Source of the DNA: a virus
Direction: 5' to 3' (one strand)
IMG/VR virus record: IMGVR_UViG_3300044691_000355
Coordinates: 32,001-96,000 of that record
Length of the DNA stretch: 64,000 nt
A program made the translations under genes and the position numbers. This document shows, one piece after another, positions 61,023 to 64,000 of this stretch (positions within the stretch are counted from its first letter, which is position 1; every line of letters begins with the position of its first letter). Under the pieces are notes generated by a model, which was given only the letters and a program-made list of their open reading frames with translations, was not told the origin of the DNA and searched no databases.

Positions 61023-64000
61023 CAGCGTTTCGCGTACGCGTCGACGATGTAGCGGTCGATGAAATCCTGCATCGTCATGTTCGCGTGTTCAGACGACAGG
61101 ACCAAATTGACAGCGGTCGGAGCGCCCTGGCCGGCGTAGCGTGGCGCGCCGACGCCTCCAGACACTTGCCCAGCCGCTCGTGGCATCGACACGCTTGGCG
61201 TGTTCGTGGCGGGCGCCGCAGGTAGCACGATGCCGCCGTCGGCATAGCCTTGCGCAGAGAACATCCGTGGCACGGCGTAAGCGCTGCCGAGCTGCGCCAG
61301 CCTGCCGGTGCTTTCAGGCCCGGTCGGGCCGCCCGGATAGACGAAGCCGCCGCTGGAATAGCCGCCCTCGCCCCAGGACGACACCGCGGCCATGCCCTTG
61401 TCATTGAAGGCGGTCAGGAACTGCATGGCCCCTGGCTGACTCACCACTTCGGCCCGATGCACGAATTCACCGGCATGCACGACGCCTGCAGGCTCGTATT
61501 TGCCGCCGGCCCCGGTGTAGCCGCCGGCGTCGTAAACCGGTGGCAACGTCGAGGCAAGGCCTGAGATGGTAGTGGGATCCAAGGCTGGCGCGGTGGCTGA
61601 GATGGCGCCGCTAGTCAGGTCCGGACCCGCACCGCTCGAGGGTCCTTTGAGCCCCTTCGTCGCTATGCCCGCGAGGCCCATCACCAATGAAAAAATGCCC
61701 TTATCGCTGTTCGTTTTGCTGTAGGTATTACTGCCGCCCGCAGCCAAGCCCGTGCCCGGTTGTGTCGCGGCGTTACCCAGGCTGGCGATAAATTGGGTGA
61801 TCGTCTGTCCGGCGATCTGCCCGCCTTGCGCCATCGAGGCGGTAAGCGTGCTACCCGCTTGGTTGCCGCCCGTGTTGAGCGCCGTGTTGATCGTGGCGCC
61901 GACCTGATTGACCGATGTCGGCGAGATTGTGGCGGCCGGCGCATCCGCGGGGGTCAATCCCGAAAAGGCAGGCGATTTGACCGCGCCGCCATCGGCGTAG
62001 CCAGCTCCCTTGACGAACCCGCCGCCCGCGTAACCAGCGACAGCTTGCATGCCGCGATCGTTGAAGTCAGACAGGAATGACAGCGCGCCGGGCTGCCTGA
62101 CGACCTCAGCGCGGTGCACGAACTCCTGGCCATGCACGATGCCCGCCGGTTCTCGCGTACTACCTGAGCCCGTGTAGCCGCCCGTGGCAAGGGGCACCAA
62201 CAGCGATGTAGCGTCCGGGCTTACCGCAGGCGTCCCGCCGCCAAGCCCGAACAGAGGGCCTAAGTCGCTTCCGCCGACAGAGCTCGGATTGGCGCCCGAC
62301 AGCGATTCGGTGATGGCGGTCGCCAAGGTGGTCGCGCCGGTCGCGAAAGATGCGCTTAAGGCCGTCGACACGGTGCTCGAGCCAGCGGTGAACGCCGCTG
62401 AGATGGGCGCCGCGCTGGCCGCCGCACCCGCGATCCCCGTGGCACCGGCAACGCCAGCCGTCGGCGGTTTGATACCGAAAAACCCAGCAACGGACGGCAG
62501 CACGCCTGCAAAGCCACTCGGCTGCGCGCCACCTGGAGCCGATCGAGGGCTGAACAGTGACGTGCTCAAATCGTTGACCAGCCCCTTGGTGAACGTCGAG
62601 ACAAAGGCATGCTCCAGCGACTTCTCGATATTCTTGACCGCTTGATTGGCCGTCTCGGTTTTCTCGATCACGCCATCGAGCGCGGAGGACACAGAGCTTT
62701 CAAACGCGCCCTTCATCGCGGCGGTCAGTTCGCTTGTGTGCGTCTTAAGCTCAAGTATCTTGAGGCTTAGCTCACCGATTTTTTCACGGTACGCATCGGC
62801 CGCTGGTCCGCTTTGCGCATTGGCCAATGCCTGGTAGATCGGGATTTGTTTAGCGAGTGATTCAGCTTCGGCATCGTTAGCGGCGATGATTTTTTGTTGA
62901 GCCGCGGCGTGCGAGATTAACCCGGCAGACTCTTCGATCTGCACGGTCTTGGACACCGTGGCGTTGGCCTTTTCCGAAACAGAGATGGCTTTGTCAGCCT
63001 CGGTGGCCTTATCGGCAAGCTGAGCCACCGCTTGTAATTGCGTGGTCGCATCCTTCAACTGACCCACAAGTCCGATAAACGCGGCCTTGCCGGAAGCCTG
63101 GGATTCGGCTTCCAAGTCCTTGAGCGTCCTATCCCACTGTTTATGAAACGCATCGATTTCGGATTGCGCCGTGTTGCCTTGAAGCCGGGCGGTCTGCGCC
63201 TGCACACCTTCGATCTGGCCCGGCAATGTGGCCTGATCTTTTTCGGCACGAAGGTCGGCCGCTGCCTTGTCGGCCGCTGCGGCGTCGGCGAGATACTTAG
63301 TTCGCAGCGACAGGGCGGTATTGATGCCTGCGGCGGTTTTTAAGTACTCATTCGCAGCGTCAACGTTTTTAGTTTCCGCAGAAGCAAGGCCCGCGGCGAC
63401 GGCGAGGCGCTCAGATTCCGTGCGACTGATTTCCTCTTGCAAGGTAAGGTCTTTGGCATTTAGCGATTTGTCTGCGGTGGCACCTTGCTCGGCGACATCG
63501 GCACGCGTGGCCTTTTGAAACAGCACCGCGCGTTCCGGCTGGCTGATCTTGGAGGCTTTGGTGGCATCCGCGAGGTATATCTTCAACGCCTCGACGTTCT
63601 TATTCTCATCCGCGACCAGACCTTGGGAGATGTTGCGCCGCTCGTTTTGCGCGCGGTTGATCGCTTCATCCAACTGCAGGCTCTTTTCCTTGAACGTGTT
63701 TTCCTGCTTGCCGAGCTGCTGGTTGATCGCGGTAATACGATCTTGGAATACCGCGCGATTCGCAGGATCAGTGATTTCACCCGGCGTATTCAGGGCCTTT
63801 TGCAGCGCCTCACGCTTTACGATCAGTTCTTGTATGACGGCTGATTGCGAGCGCAAGCCTTGCGTCAATTTATCGACGCGCTGAAATTCTTGGGCGAGCG
63901 ATGCTGCGGTGGCTTGTGATTGCGCGGTAGCGGCTGCTTTCGAGGCGGTGTTGGCTTGCTCGGTACCGGTGCTTGCCGTGACACGACCCGGGCCGCCTGC
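61022..64000 (-). CDS. Tape measure protein, N-terminus beyond window
   Basis: Frame open to 64000; long Ala-rich coiled coil; two GGYTG...EPAG.VH..EFV motifs. Confidence 0.88.
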   Translation of the reverse strand, partial: AGGPGRVTASTGTEQANTASKAAATAQSQATAASLAQEFQRVDKLTQGLRSQSAVIQELIVKREALQKALNTPGEITDPANRAVFQDRITAINQQLGKQENTFKEKSLQLDEAINRAQNERRNISQGLVADENKNVEALKIYLADATKASKISQPERAVLFQKATRADVAEQGATADKSLNAKDLTLQEEISRTESERLAVAAGLASAETKNVDAANEYLKTAAGINTALSLRTKYLADAAAADKAAADLRAEKDQATLPGQIEGVQAQTARLQGNTAQSEIDAFHKQWDRTLKDLEAESQASGKAAFIGLVGQLKDATTQLQAVAQLADKATEADKAISVSEKANATVSKTVQIEESAGLISHAAAQQKIIAANDAEAESLAKQIPIYQALANAQSGPAADAYREKIGELSLKILELKTHTSELTAAMKGAFESSVSSALDGVIEKTETANQAVKNIEKSLEHAFVSTFTKGLVNDLSTSLFSPRSAPGGAQPSGFAGVLPSVAGFFGIKPPTAGVAGATGIAGAAASAAPISAAFTAGSSTVSTALSASFATGATTLATAITESLSGANPSSVGGSDLGPLFGLGGGTPAVSPDATSLLVPLATGGYTGSGSTREPAGIVHGQEFVHRAEVVRQPGALSFLSDFNDRGMQAVAGYAGGGFVKGAGYADGGAVKSPAFSGLTPADAPAATISPTSVNQVGATINTALNTGGNQAGSTLTASMAQGGQIAGQTITQFIASLGNAATQPGTGLAAGGSNTYSKTNSDKGIFSLVMGLAGIATKGLKGPSSGAGPDLTSGAISATAPALDPTTISGLASTLPPVYDAGGYTGAGGKYEPAGVVHAGEFVHRAEVVSQPGAMQFLTAFNDKGMAAVSSWGEGGYSSGGFVYPGGPTGPESTGRLAQLGSAYAVPRMFSAQGYADGGIVLPAAPATNTPSVSMPRAAGQVSGGVGAPRYAGQGAPTAVNLVLSSEHANMTMQDFIDRYIVDAYAKR

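Larger units (their letters stand above)
1..64000. mobile_element. Temperate tailed bacteriophage genome, nearly complete, apparently non-integrated
   Basis: Head, tail, packaging, replication, immunity, integration and lysis modules present; no host housekeeping genes; both att sites are tRNA 3' halves flanked by phage genes. Confidence 0.93.

Overview
The whole window reads as a nearly complete temperate tailed phage of a GC-rich Gram-negative host (spanins, IHF site), probably cut from a circular genome between the tail tube gene (left edge) and the tape measure gene (right edge). Left to right: tail tube/sheath and neck genes; capsid, cement and DUF2213 protease; a repeat-based fibre cluster; MuF; a kinase+ADP-ribosyltransferase protein; a portal fused to topoisomerase IB; terminases; an Acb2/Tad1-like anti-defence gene; a ParB/PP-loop/basic-peptide locus; replication; cro/cI; recombination and accessory genes; two integrase cassettes, each with its own tRNA-derived attP; lysis; tail tip genes including a GH71 glucanase. 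The main discovery candidate is a 13-aa tag, F[DN]Px[EQ]KRDxxG[KR]W, present four times in head-module genes, each time in front of a different passenger domain, suggesting a capsid-loading system for injected effectors. A second candidate is a pair of basic peptides sharing the C-terminus RGAKSS[YF], encoded directly ahead of a Cys-poor PP-loop ATPase and a ParB-like enzyme. All family calls come from motif recognition by eye; no searches were run.
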